Below are positions 49,451-60,695 of a stretch of 64,000 nt of DNA, in pieces. A program made the position numbers and the translations under genes. How positions within the stretch are numbered: position 1 is the first letter of the stretch; each line of letters starts with the position of its first letter. The DNA is from Vicugna vicugna (taxonomy: Eukaryota): assembly GCA_013265495.1 (NCBI GenBank), contig MU058217.1, positions 372,001 through 436,000 of the forward strand, given 5' to 3'. The notes beneath the pieces were generated by a model, which was given only the letters and a program-made list of their open reading frames with translations, was not told where the DNA came from and searched no databases.

Positions 49451-50686
49451 GAACAGTAGTTGGCAAGGGATGCAGATTGGAGACAATGTCTCTCCACTAA
49501 TTTACAGAGCTAGAAGAGGCTTTTGGGTGCAGTTGTTCTTAAAGTTGCAAAGACTTAAAAATGCCTCTGTGCGATGGAGAAAGAGCCCACAGAGATGGCG
49601 GTCGGGTGACAATTAATGGAGAAAAGTCTTTACGGCAATACTGATGTCCCGGTCTTAAACCACATACTGAACGAAACACAAGCTGTAGAATCCAATACCC
49701 ACCTGCTCTTACTTGCCTCATTGGTCTCGGGAGAATCGATGCTCAAAGCAAAGAGACTAGGGTTTCAGGCCAGAGGCTATTCATCCAATCCACAAGCCAA
49801 CAGGGATAATGGAGATTCCCAGCCAAAGAATTGTTTAGTAACAGAACACTTAAACGCAAACCAAATGCAACCAAGTAATTTATCCCTTTAATGGGTTGTC
49901 TGTTTTTCATCACAAAGGGAAAACGTCGTGTCCTTGGCTTAGCCATTTGTTGAACTCGGGCATTTTTCTTACTGAGTAAGCCTAGCAGGGGAAAGGCACA
50001 TATTTCAGTGAATTAATTTCGGTGAGGACTGTCTCCTAGGAAATGAAGGGCTGGGATGAGAAGCGTGTTGATTCGTGGTTCTTTGTGTCTCCCAGAGACC
50101 AGACAAGAGAAAATGGGCATCAACCACTGGACCACATGGAAGAAGCGCATCTTCACGGCCACAGAAGGAAACACCGGCTCGGTTGACCACAGAGCCTCCT
50201 TTCACCCAGGCGCCCCAGGAGACAAGGGTCGGCTGACACCTTTGGATGGGGCTGTTTGTCACCTGTGCACGAGCAGGAAAGGGACCGGAGGAGGACATTT
50301 TTAAGGAGCTCAGCCAGCTCCTCTTGGACTCTGGGGCCAGATGGGGGCACTCAGAGCCTCGAGCACAGAAGGCTCCCTTTCAGGGCGGAGAGCTGCCTTC
50401 TGTTATTGACAAACACTGACGTTCTTCTGTGAAAACAAGCTTTCTTCTTTCAAGGAACCACAAAAGCCCGATTATTTCCGTAAAATGGCAAAAGGAGAAT
50501 GCCCAGCAACCCCCTAGGGGAGAGAGCAGATGGAAGAGGAGCTGGCCTTGGGTCCAGGCAGGAGGATTTCCCACTTCCCTGCAGGACCTTGCTCATCCTC
50601 CCAACTGTTCGCTAACTCCCTGCCCCTCCCCTGGACTTCTCTGGCGGGTATCATTCTCACACACTGTCATCCATAGGAGCTTTAGG

Positions 50687-50831
50687 TGGGGGAGGGTGCA
50701 GCTCAAGCGGCAGAGCACATGCTTAGCATGCACAAGGCCTGGGTTCACTCCCCAGTACCTCCTCTAAAAATAAATAAATAAGTAAACCCAATTACCTCTC
50801 TCCCCAGAAAAACAAAAGCAAACAAAACAAA
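50687..50831 (+). mobile_element. Full-length tRNA-derived SINE, long-tail form
   Basis: ggggagggtgcagctcaagcggcagagcacatgcttagcatgcacaagg...; perfect TSD AGGAGCTTTAGG at 50675-50686 and 50832-50843. Confidence 0.9.
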
Positions 50832-51425
50832 AGGAGCTTTAGGACTCTGGGTTGAGCAGTCTCTCCTCCTCCCCCAAATTCTGAGCCTTAAGGAACAGAA
50901 CAGAGGTCCTTCCTCCCCAAGGTCTCAGAGCAGCAGCATCTCTCGACTCCACCCCCACCAGGGCTTTGGGTTAATATCCATTGTATGTTTTCTTCCTCTA
51001 AAAGAAGCTTCCTTTGTCTCCCCTCCCTCTGGCTAGTGGTGTTAAAATCCAGGCCGATAGCTTTGCCAGCCCTGGGCTCATCTGTGACTGAAATCACTAA
51101 CCCCAGGGCCTTGTACACAGCACAGCCAGCCCATACAGGAGGTCACTGAGCTGACTGCAGGCTTCTTTACCTCGTTTGAAAACCCAGAGGGAAGAAGGCT
51201 GATAGTATAAGCCTGGATTTCGGGACTGAGTCAGAACAAAGAGACAGAATTTTCTAAGTTGCTTCTTCTCCTTCAACAGATCCTACTCACAGCTCAGCAG
51301 CTCCATCTCAGGGGACCTGGCCCAGGTTCATTCTGAGCCAGAGAACAGGGTGGGTGGCAGGGAAGGGGGCGGGGTTCTCCTGCTGCAGAGCTCAGAGAGG
51401 AAGAAGGTGGGCGGGCTGCCCTCAC

Positions 51426-51495
51426 CATGACACACAGCAGCATGGGTCCTCGGATGATCCACCAGATACTCTTATTCCTGTTGGTTACCCAGCAC
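51426..51495 (-). CDS. GLP2R: GLP2R coding exon (ECL2-TM5)
   Basis: cgtAG|g tgc tgg...atg|GTgagg; (G)CWVTNRNKSIWWIIRGPMLLCVM; 70 nt. Confidence 0.95.
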
Positions 51496-51765
51496 CTACG
51501 GCAAAAAGCAGGCGACAGAAGACTTACAATCGAGACAAGGTTGATGGAAGGGCTCACACCCTCTGGAAGAAGGATGCTCATACTCAAGACTCATTTTCCT
51601 CCCACCATTCTACTAAAGGGCAGGAGGGGAGGGGCGGACTCCAGTCCCTTCCTGTTAGGATGGTACTCTTGACTCTTCTTACTAGTGAAGTGCTCATCAT
51701 GCTAACATCTTGGTGTGTAACTTTCCACAGTTTTCTCTGTGTTCCTACAAACATAAACTCTTAGA

Positions 51766-52582
51766 CAAGCATACTTCATTTTCCTGGGCTTCCTTTACTG
51801 TGCTTTGCACGACTTTTTTTTTTTCCTGGGGGTGGGGAATGTAATTGGAGTTGTTTATTTATGTACTTATTTTAGAGGAGGTACTGGAGATTGAACCCAG
51901 GACCTCGTGCATGCTAAGCATGTGCTCTACAACTTGAGCTATACCCTGCCCCCGACTGTGCTTTGCAGACATAGCTTTTATTTAAATACACAAATTGAAT
52001 GTTTGTGGCTACCCTGTGTCCAGCAAATCCATCAGCGCCATTTTTCCAACAGCATGGGCTCACTTGGTGTCTCTGCATCACACGTTGGTAATTCTCTCAA
52101 TATTTCCAACTTTGTCACTGTTACGATGTTTGCTGTGGTGATCTGTGATCAGTCATCTTTGATGTTAACTATTGTCATTTTTTTTAGCAGTAAGGTATTT
52201 TTTCATTTTTTAAATTGAAGTATAGTCAGTTACAATGTGTTGATTTCTGGTGTGCAGCGTGGTGTCCCAGTCATACCCATGTATATATGCATATATTCAT
52301 TCTCATATTCATTTTCGCTAAAGGTTATGACAAGATATTGCATATAGTTCCCTGTGCCATACAGAAGAAATTTGTTCTTGGCAATAAGGTATTTAAGTTG
52401 AGGTACGCACACTGTTTTTTCAGACATAATGCTACTGCTCACTGAACAGACTACGACAGAGTGCAAACGCCACTTTCATATGAAAGGGAAAACCAAAAAA
52501 TTCATGTGCCTCGCCTTCTTGAGATATTCGCTTTATTGCAGTGGTCTGAAACAGAGCCCACAATATCGCTAACATGTGCCTG
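51766..52582 (+). mobile_element. Tigger1 deletion derivative containing a nested SINE (about 51813-51954, -) and an L1 3' end (about 52199-52377, -)
   Basis: Termini caagcatac...tgtgcctg(ta); Tigger1 arms recognisable; each nested insert has its own TSD. Confidence 0.85.
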
Positions 52583-53121
52583 TAGAGGGGATTTTTCGGT
52601 GGTGGCTATCTAGAGGGGAAAAAATGGGATCATATGATACACATCTTTCAGCAACAGGCTTAACAATGTGCTGTGGAGGTTTAGTCCCTAAAAGCCAAGA
52701 TACAGGGAACTCACTGGCTTTTTCAGTAGCTTTATACTAGCCCACCCTCTGGGTATGCCACAGTTTAATGATTTCCATGTCAGTGGATGTTCGGGGGGGG
52801 GTTCATTTGGTTGGTTTTGCTCCTTTTCCCTCACCGTGAATGTGGATGCAATAACCATTCCTGTACCTACATCTGTACACACCCAGGGTTGCTGCCAACC
52901 TAAGCAGCCATTTTTTGTCCTAATTTGTATGTGTCACTAAATTAATAGACTAATGACTACAAGAAGGATCTTTGATGGTTTTATCTACCTTCTTAAGTCT
53001 ATTCTAGATGGTCAAAGTAGAAGGGAGGGGATCTTCTCTTTGGGAAAATCATGTATTTTCTTATATTTGGCGTATCTGGGAGTTGCTAGCTTGTGGAAGT
53101 GTAAACAGGTGAGTTATCTAC

Positions 53122-53182
53122 CCTGTATTCTCCAGCTGTGCACGAGCGATGCTCCAAGGAACAACAGACAGCACCGGGAAGG
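53122..53182 (-). CDS. GLP2R: GLP2R coding exon (TM4-ECL2); absent from the ORF track
   Basis: cccAG|cc ttc ccg...aca gg|GTagat; (A)FPVLSVVPWSIARAQLENT(G); 61 nt, phases 1/2 fit both neighbours. Confidence 0.92.
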
Positions 53183-53554
53183 CTGGGAGGAAACACAGAG
53201 ATGCAATCAGGAGCTGGCTGGCCAGACTTGCCTAATTCCCGCCCCAATGGGCCAAGCACACCTGGTTAAAGTTCATAAAAACCCAACCACCATAGAATTA
53301 GGGACTGGAAGAGCTGGAGAGACCTAGGGCGACACAGGACCGTCCACTGTTTTCCTGTCAGAGAGACCAGGAAGCAGAGAGGAGAACGGATTTGCCACAT
53401 GTCACAAAGCAGCTTACAGTAAATCCAAAGACGTTCATCGGAACCTCCAGCATCACAGGCCAAAGTTACCTCCTCAGAGTGCCACGGCCTCAATTTCTCC
53501 ACGAGTCTGTGGCAACGGGGATTCCAGAGCTCGTCTTGGGAGACTGAGCTGGCA

Positions 53555-53929
53555 CGTGGACTTGGTGTGTTCCCCCCAAATTTATATGTTGAAGTCCTAA
53601 CTCCCGACATGATGGCATTTCGAGATGGGGCTTTGGGATTTAATTAGGTTTAGAGGAGGTGTGTGTGGCGGAGGGGAGGGCGGAAGTGGACATCATGATG
53701 AGACCAATGCTCTTCTAAGAGGAGAAAGGAGAGCTCGCTCTCCTTCCCGTCACTGGAGGCCACAGTAAGACGGCAGTTGTCCTCAAGCCAGGAGAAGGAG
53801 TTTTATCAGAATTCAATCAACCTGGTGCCCTGACCTCACACTTTCCAGCCCGCAGAGCAGGGGAAATGTCTGTGTTTTAAGCCACATGGTCCCTGGTATG
53901 TTGTCATGGCAGCCCAAGTAGACCAACAC
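53555..53929 (+). mobile_element. MLT1A/MST-like MaLR LTR
   Basis: gtgttccccccaaatttatatgttgaagtcctaactccc...tggtatgttgtcatggcagcccaagtagaccaa. Confidence 0.75.
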
Positions 53930-54202
53930 GGTAGGAGGAATGTCACCTGCTTCTCCCCAGAACCGTCCCAATTTCTGAACGTGTGCATCAGGTCTGCAGC
54001 ACTTAACACATACACGCATGCACACGTGTGCACTCACACACATCCACGCACACATACCCCCCTTCAGAATCTCTCGTCATTGGAGAATTATCCGTCCCAG
54101 AAACCTCCCTCCAGTTGGTCTCTGACTCCAACCAAAAGCTCTCTTGGGCTCCCATGTTCTGACAGGTCCCAGGAGAAGAGGCTGGGAGTTCAGGTCACTC
54201 AC

Positions 54203-54362
54203 CCCAGCCCACCAGCAGGTATCTGGGCCACAGCCGCCTTTCAGAAAGCGCTATGGGCTCCAGCAGCGTGCGGAGGTAAAGCCCTTCAACCAGCAGCCAC
54301 GAGTAATTGGCGCCCACAAAGTAGTGCAGGAGAACCTGCGCCGAGCGGCAGGAGGCCGCCAT
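54203..54362 (-). CDS. GLP2R: GLP2R coding exon (TM3-ICL2-TM4)
   Basis: cgcAG|atg gcg...tgg g|GTgagt; MAASCRSAQVLLHYFVGANYSWLLVEGLYLRTLLEPIALSERRLWPRYLLVGW; 160 nt. Confidence 0.96.
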
Positions 54363-54819
54363 CTGCGGAGGACAGAGCAGCCGAGGGTGAGTCCAGGCTC
54401 CCGCAGCGTCTGGACCCCAACAGGGTGGACAGGGGCCTCCCCACGCCCAGTCCCGCCCTCTGTTCTCCCCTCTCTCCCAAACCCTTGCTGACCATCTCAG
54501 AGAGGTTGGCAACAATATCAAAATCAGAAGCAGGGCTTCCCACAGGTTTTAAAGCCCAGCCTCTTCCTAGACATCCTAGATATTTTTAGACAAAGGCAGG
54601 AAGAATTCATCATCAGTAACATCCATAAAGAAAACAGTGAAAGGTATGTTCTCTGATTTTAGTTCAGTTAAACAAGAAATCAACGATTTAAAAATCTTCA
54701 TGTGACTAGAAATGAGGAAATAAACTAAGTGAGTCATGAGTCAAAGAGGAAACGATCATAGAAATTAGAAATTATTTCTGAATGGAACGTAAGGAGAACA
54801 CCGTGTATCGAAACTTGTC

Positions 54820-54910
54820 GGGGGAGGGTGGGGGTGTAGCTCAGGGGCAGCGCATGTGCTTAGCATGCACGAGGTCCAGGGCTCAATCCCCAGTGTCTCC
54901 GTTAACAAAA
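54820..54910 (+). mobile_element. tRNA-derived SINE
   Basis: ggggtgtagctcagggg...gcttagcatgcacgaggtccagggctcaatccccag; flanked by AACTTGT. Confidence 0.85.
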
Positions 54911-55592
54911 CAACTTGTGTCATGCAGCCAGTACCACAGCCTGAATGAAATTTACACACTGAAGTGCATTTATTAAAGAAGAAAAAGGCTGAAAGTCAGT
55001 TAGCTTATAAATGTCAAAAACATTAGAAAAAGAACAGCAACTTAAACCCAAAGAAAGTACACGGGAGGAAATAATAAAGGTAATAATAGAATTTAATGAA
55101 ATAGAGGACACAAAATAAAGAGGCTCAATAATGCCAAAAGTCTGTTCTTTGAAAAGTCCAATAACATTGAGAAACATCAGCAAAAATGATCAACGGGGGA
55201 GAAAAGTGAGCGAGGGTACAAGTAATCAGTAACAGGAATGAAAACGGGAACCCTGCTAGAGATGTAACAGACCTTAAAAAGAGCTTACGAGAATGTAACC
55301 GGTATTATGCCAATAAACTTGAAAAGCTCGCTGAAGTAAACAATTTCCTAGAAAAACACATTACTACAGCCGACACCAGAGAAAAACAGAAAATCTGAAT
55401 ATAAAATTCATAATTAATCCATAATTAAAAGCCTTCCAGTTAAAGAAAACTCTGAGCCTAAGTGGCTTCACTGGGGTAAACATTTCAGGAAGAAATAATA
55501 CCCATCTTATATTCTCCCAGAGAAATGAGAAAGAGATGATTTGTTTTAAGAGGTCAGCATCAACTTGATTCCAAAACCTAATAAAGGCAGTG

Positions 55593-55915
55593 CAAGCATA
55601 ACTTGTATACTGTGTTTTGCTTCATTGAGCTTGGATACTGTTTTGTTTTTGTTTTTGTTTAAATTGAAGGTTTGTGGCAACCCTGTGCTGTCGGATGATG
55701 GCTAGTATTTTTTAGCAATGAATATTTCTTAAGTAAGGTATGTACTTTTTTTAAAAGACATAATGCTATCACACACTTAATAGACGACAGCATAGTGTAC
55801 ACATAACTTTTATATGCACTGGGAAACCAGAACATTCACGTGAGTTGCTTTATTGTGATATTCGCTCTATTGTAGTGGTCCAGAACCAAACCACAAAATC
55901 TCCAAGGTGTGCCTG
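55593..55915 (+). mobile_element. Short Tigger1 derivative (same junction as the 5994 copy)
   Basis: aaattgaaggtttgtggcaaccctg|tgctgtcggatgatggctag...aggtgtgcctg(ta). Confidence 0.85.
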
Positions 55916-56443
55916 TACAAGAAGAGAAAATTATCTCTGAATGCAGACAAGGAAATGCTAAAGAAAACACAGTGTTAGCAACTGTGCAGCAGTCGAGGAG
56001 AAAGATTAATTATCAGAGCCTGGTTGAATTTATTCCAGGAATGCAAGGTTAGTTTAACAGGTTACTGCAGTCATTATTAACAGGACACAAGAAAACCCAT
56101 CACAAAGAGTGCTGAAAAGCTTTACTGCTGTAAAAAGAGGTAATGATTTTAACAAGTTGATCTGGTCCGATTCTTTTGTTTATAGATGAAGAAATTTTCC
56201 ACCCACTGGCCATAAAGCAGCCCCACAGTGAACTCTTCCACTATCAATTGCCTTTACCTGTCCCACTCTCTGGAGGTCATTGAGTTTTTTTTAAAGTTAG
56301 GTGATGTATTGCTAACCAGAAAGACTTTGACACTCCTTTGTCTTTCTCTTCCCCTCCCCAGACTCACCTTCCTGCCCTCTAATTCCCAGTGCTGACTCCC
56401 AGTGTTGACCCAGCAGTGGGAGCCATGGCGAGGAAAGACATAC

Positions 56444-56597
56444 CTCTGACACGTAGGACATCCACTCCTGCTCGTTGTCGGGCCTCTTGGAATAAGAGTT
56501 GTAGAAGATGACATCCTTCACCAGCACAGCCAGGGCTCTCAGGATGAAAGAAGCAAACAAGTTCATGTGGATGTAGTTGCGGGTGCAGTGGAGTTTT
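56444..56597 (-). CDS. GLP2R: GLP2R coding exon (ICL1-TM2-ECL1)
   Basis: (R)[51 protein letters not shown]|GTatgt; class B HCTRNYIH motif; 154 nt. Confidence 0.97.
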
Positions 56598-57590
56598 CTG
56601 CACAAGGAGGAAAACCAAGTGCCTTCGTTCAGAAGAGAAGGGCTCAGATCAATAGCTGTGTGCCTGAAACCTGTGTATCATTGCTGAAGGGCACAGGTTC
56701 ATGGTGCAGGCTCCTGGGCTGGATGGCTGGGTTATATGATCTTACCTCTTGGTGCCTCATTTTCCTCATCTGTAAGCTGGAGATAATCACTGCTAACATC
56801 TATAGCTTGCTCAGCGTTCCGGGCTCTGTTCCAAGCTATCTGCATGTGGATGTACTGATGGGTATCCTCACTCCTTACAAGCACGGGAGGAGCAGGTCTC
56901 CTGCCTGGTAGTGATCTTGGCTCCATCACTCACCAGCTGTGTGATCATGGGTACGTGACTTCAACTCTCTATATTTCAGTTAACTCACTTTTAAAATGGG
57001 GGTAATAGTAATGCTAATCTTCTAGGATTAAAATTCATCTTAATTCCAATTAGGAAGAGATTTAAATGACGTAACGCATGTAACATGCTTAGAACAGTGC
57101 CTGGCGCCAAGGAAGCACTCAAATGATTGATAGCTAATTGGAGTCCTAGGGCCCTGGATTAAAATCCCAGCTCTACCACTCACTCATTTGCTTTGGGGAA
57201 GTTTTGTAATCTCTTCTGCATAAATAATTCATCTGGTAGAACTGTGGGGAGAATGGGCTGTGGTAGTAATGGGTATGATTAGGGGTTTAGAGCAGGGTTA
57301 GGCACCTAGTAGGCCACCTAGTCCAAAAGAAACAAAAGCAGAGTTAGGATTCCCAGATCCCAGCTCTAGCTGTACTCTGTGACCTGGGGTGACTCAATGC
57401 CTCCCTCTGGACCTCTGAGATCACTTTCTCCTTCACCTGCAAAATGAGACGGATGGACTAGAGACGCTCTTAGATCCCTTTAGCTCTGATAAGCCATGAA
57501 ATCATCCAGCCTTCTCCTGCCTTCGAAAGGTAGCTAATGAACAAATCCGGGCTACATGTCTCAACACGTGCAAGCAGAAGTTCTACTCAC

Positions 57591-57697
57591 CGAAGAAACA
57601 AGAGAAGGGTGAGAGCCAAGAAGAGGGAGACAATGGAGAGGGAGTACCCCACCGTGTACAACAGCTGCAGGCTCGACAGCAGGGCGTGATGTTCCAC
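57591..57697 (-). CDS. GLP2R: GLP2R coding exon (stalk-TM1)
   Basis: ttcAG|gtg gaa...ctt cg|GTgagt; VEHHALLSSLQLLYTVGYSLSIVSLFLALTLLLFL(R); 107 nt. Confidence 0.96.
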
Positions 57698-58340
57698 CTG
57701 AACGCAGAGGAAGAGCAGACATGACCAACGAGCCAGGCAGCTATGGTGTCCAGCCCCGAGTTCCATGCCCAGGACCAGCAAGGTCAAGGTATGAACCCTG
57801 GGAGACTTGCTGACATCTCGGCTCTCTGGTACATCTCAGAGGCTAGGGAACCTTCATGAGTGAACAGCCCACCCCAGGTCTCCCCTCCATGGCTGGCCCC
57901 ACAGCCCAGCACTGATGCACCAAGAGTCACAGTATCATAGGAGAACTGTGCCCGGGACAACAGGGTGCCTTGGAAATGAGGACAGGTTCTTTGTTCCGGG
58001 GTGTGTTGCCCCTAGAATGCAGCGGTACCTCGCTCTGGAAGATGGGGCCAGGTTTCCATCTGGATGTACCTTTTCATAGATGATCTCTTAAACAAAGACC
58101 CAACAAAACACTGGAATATTTTCTCTGAGTTCCAGGATAGCCTGATTGTAAACAGAGGGTAGTTTACTGGAAATTCTGTTATTAAGTATGGTTTTCCAAT
58201 GGAATCTCATCTTCTCACCCAATCCATTGCGCACATCACCATCAAGATTATGTTTCTAAATAAATTTTTGCACACGATCCCACACTAAATATTTAATTCC
58301 TAATAAATTATGCCTAAATTTCTCTGCCTAACTCCTTCAT

Positions 58341-60095
58341 CAGCTTTATTGACATATACAATAAACTGCATATATTTCAAGTATAAAGCTGGGTGAATTG
58401 GGGCATGAATATATCTGTGATTTCATCACATTCAAGATAAGGAACATTTCCATCACCTCCCAAAAGTTTCCTTGTGACCCTTAGTAATGCATCTCCTCTC
58501 ACTACCCCCTGCTACTCGAGGCTAGTTTGTACGTTCTAGAATGTTCTATAAATGGAATCTTATAAGTACTCTATTTTTGTCAAGTTTATTTCCCTCAGAA
58601 TAATTATTTTGAGATTCATCCATGTCATTGTACTTATCACTAGTTCATTCTTTGGCTATTACCAAAAAGGCAGGAAGTAACAAGTGTTGGTGACAAGGTG
58701 GAGAGAAAAAGAACTCCTCCTACACTGCTGGTGGGCACGTACACTGGTGCAGCCACTATGGAGAACAGTGTGGATGGTCCTCAAAAAATTAAGAACAGAA
58801 CTACCCTACGATAGAGCTTTCCCACTTTTGGATATTTACCCAAAGAATACAAAAACACTAATTCAAAAAAATATATGCACCCTTACATTCACTGAAGTGT
58901 TAACTACAACAGCCATGATACAGAAACAACCCAAGTGCCCATCAACAGATGACTGGATAAAGAAGACGTGATCTACTACTCAACTATTAAAAAAAAGAAA
59001 GATGAAATTTTGTCATTTGTAACAATGTGGATGAACCTGGAGGGTATTACGATAAGTGAAATAAGTCAGACGGAGAAGACAAATGCTGTATGATTTCACT
59101 CATATGTCGAATATAAAAGAATCAACAAACAAAAAAGCAAAATAAATGATCAAACCAAATAAACCCCATGCATATGTGAAGAACAGAGCAGTGGCTGCCA
59201 GAGGGGGAGGGGTGGGAGCGGTGTGAAATGGGTAAAGGGGATTAACTGTAGGGTGATGGATGGAAACTAAATTTTTGGTGGTGAGCTGTAGGGTGTATAG
59301 AGGTAGCAATAGAATGTTGTACACGTGAAATATATAATGTTATAACCCAAGACGGCCTCAATAAAAAATAAACCTAAGATTTTAAAAAATTTTAATAGTT
59401 TATTCCCTTTTTTATTGCTGAGTAGTATTCCATTGTGAAAATACCACACTCTACTTATGCACTCACCCATTGACGGACATTTGGATTGTTTTCAGAGTCT
59501 GGCTTTCACACACACAAAACGTTGCTCTGAAAATTTCTGTACAAATTTTTCTGTGGACATAGGTTTTCATTTCTTGCAGATAAGTATCTAGAAATAGGAT
59601 GATGGGGGGTAGTAGGGTGTATGTTTTAACTTCTTAAGAAACTCCAAACTGTTTCCTAAATCAATTGTAACCATTTACATCCCCACCAGGGATATATGAG
59701 CACGCAGCTGCTCCAGATTCTGCTCACCCTTCATCCTATCGGTCTTTTCCGTTTTAGTCATTCTAATGGGTGTGTCGTGGTGTCTCATCATGGTTTTAAT
59801 TTGCACTTCTCTAATGATTAATGGTGTTGAGAATCACTTCATGTGCTGATTTGCCATCTGTGTGTTTTACTTGGTAAAGGATCTGTTCAAATATTTGGCC
59901 ATCTTTTAAATTGGATTGTTTGTCTTAATTTAGAATCGCAAATCTTCTTTATAGAGTCTAGATATAAATCTGTCAGATACATGTTTTGCAAGCATTTTCT
60001 CCCGTTCTGTGGCTTGCCTTTTTATTTTTTTTAAAGTGTCTTTAAAAGAGCACAAGTTTTTTTATTTTGATAAACTCCTGTTATCAACCTTTTCT
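58341..60095 (-). mobile_element. Old L1M 3' region, split by a younger opposite-strand L1
   Basis: cagctttattga...aacatttccatcacc up to about 58653; resumes at about 59395 (tttattgctgagtagtattccattg). Confidence 0.75.
58654..59392 (+). mobile_element. L1 ORF2 C-terminus plus 3' UTR
   Basis: ORF 58684-58971 reads [47 protein letters not shown]-rich end. Confidence 0.88.
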
Positions 60096-60098
60096 TTC

Positions 60099-60695
60099 AC
60101 ACTCGTCCTCCTTATCTGCAGTTTTACTCTCTGTGGTCTCAGCTACCTGCTGTCAACCTCGCTCTGAAAATATTAAATGGAAAATTTCAGAAATAAACTA
60201 TTCATAAATTTTAAACTCTGTGCCACTCTGAGTAGCGTGATGAAATCTCACACCGTCCCACTCCGTCCTCCCCGGGACGTGAATCATCCCTTCGTCCGGC
60301 GTATCCTGCCCGTTAGTCACTTAGTAGCCCTCTCGGTGATTACACAATCTCGGTGGCACAGTGCTTGTGTTCAAGTGACTCTTATTTTAATAATGGCCCC
60401 AAAGAGTAGTGATGCTGGCAATCCGGATACACCAAAGAGATGCCACAAAGTGCTTCCTTTAAATGAAAAGATGAAAGTTCTCAACTTAATAAGGAAAGAA
60501 AATAAAATCATATGCTGCAATTGCTCAGATCTACAGTAGGGACCAATCTTCTAGCTGTGAAATTGTAAAGAAAGCTGTGCTAGTCTGGCTGTCACACCTC
60601 AAACTGCAGAAGTTATGACCGCAGTGCGCGATAAGCACGTGGTTAGGATGGAAAAGGCATTAAGTGCGTACAGTAAGATACCCTGAAAAAGAGAG
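60099..60695 (+). mobile_element. MER44/Tigger7-derived DNA transposon
   Basis: ccttatctgcagtttt...gaaaatattaaatggaaaattt...tctgagtagcgtgatgaaatctc...ggacgtgaatcatccc. Confidence 0.8.

Larger units (their letters stand above)
54590..56140 (+). mobile_element. Degraded L1 ORF2-region remnant, interrupted by a SINE and a Tigger1
   Basis: A-rich L1 features (ttctctga..., aaacccaaagaaagta, ttctttgaaaag, tatgccaataaa, tttattccaggaatgcaagg). Confidence 0.75.

Noticed and set aside
50687..50760. tRNA genes suggested by A/B-box sequences
   Set aside because: Multiple diverged copies with A-rich tails and TSDs mark these as tRNA-derived SINEs.
60177..60539. 120-aa ORF with Tigger transposase-like residues as a domesticated gene
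   Set aside because: It lies within a decayed MER44/Tigger7 element, mostly translates non-coding arm sequence, and stops early.
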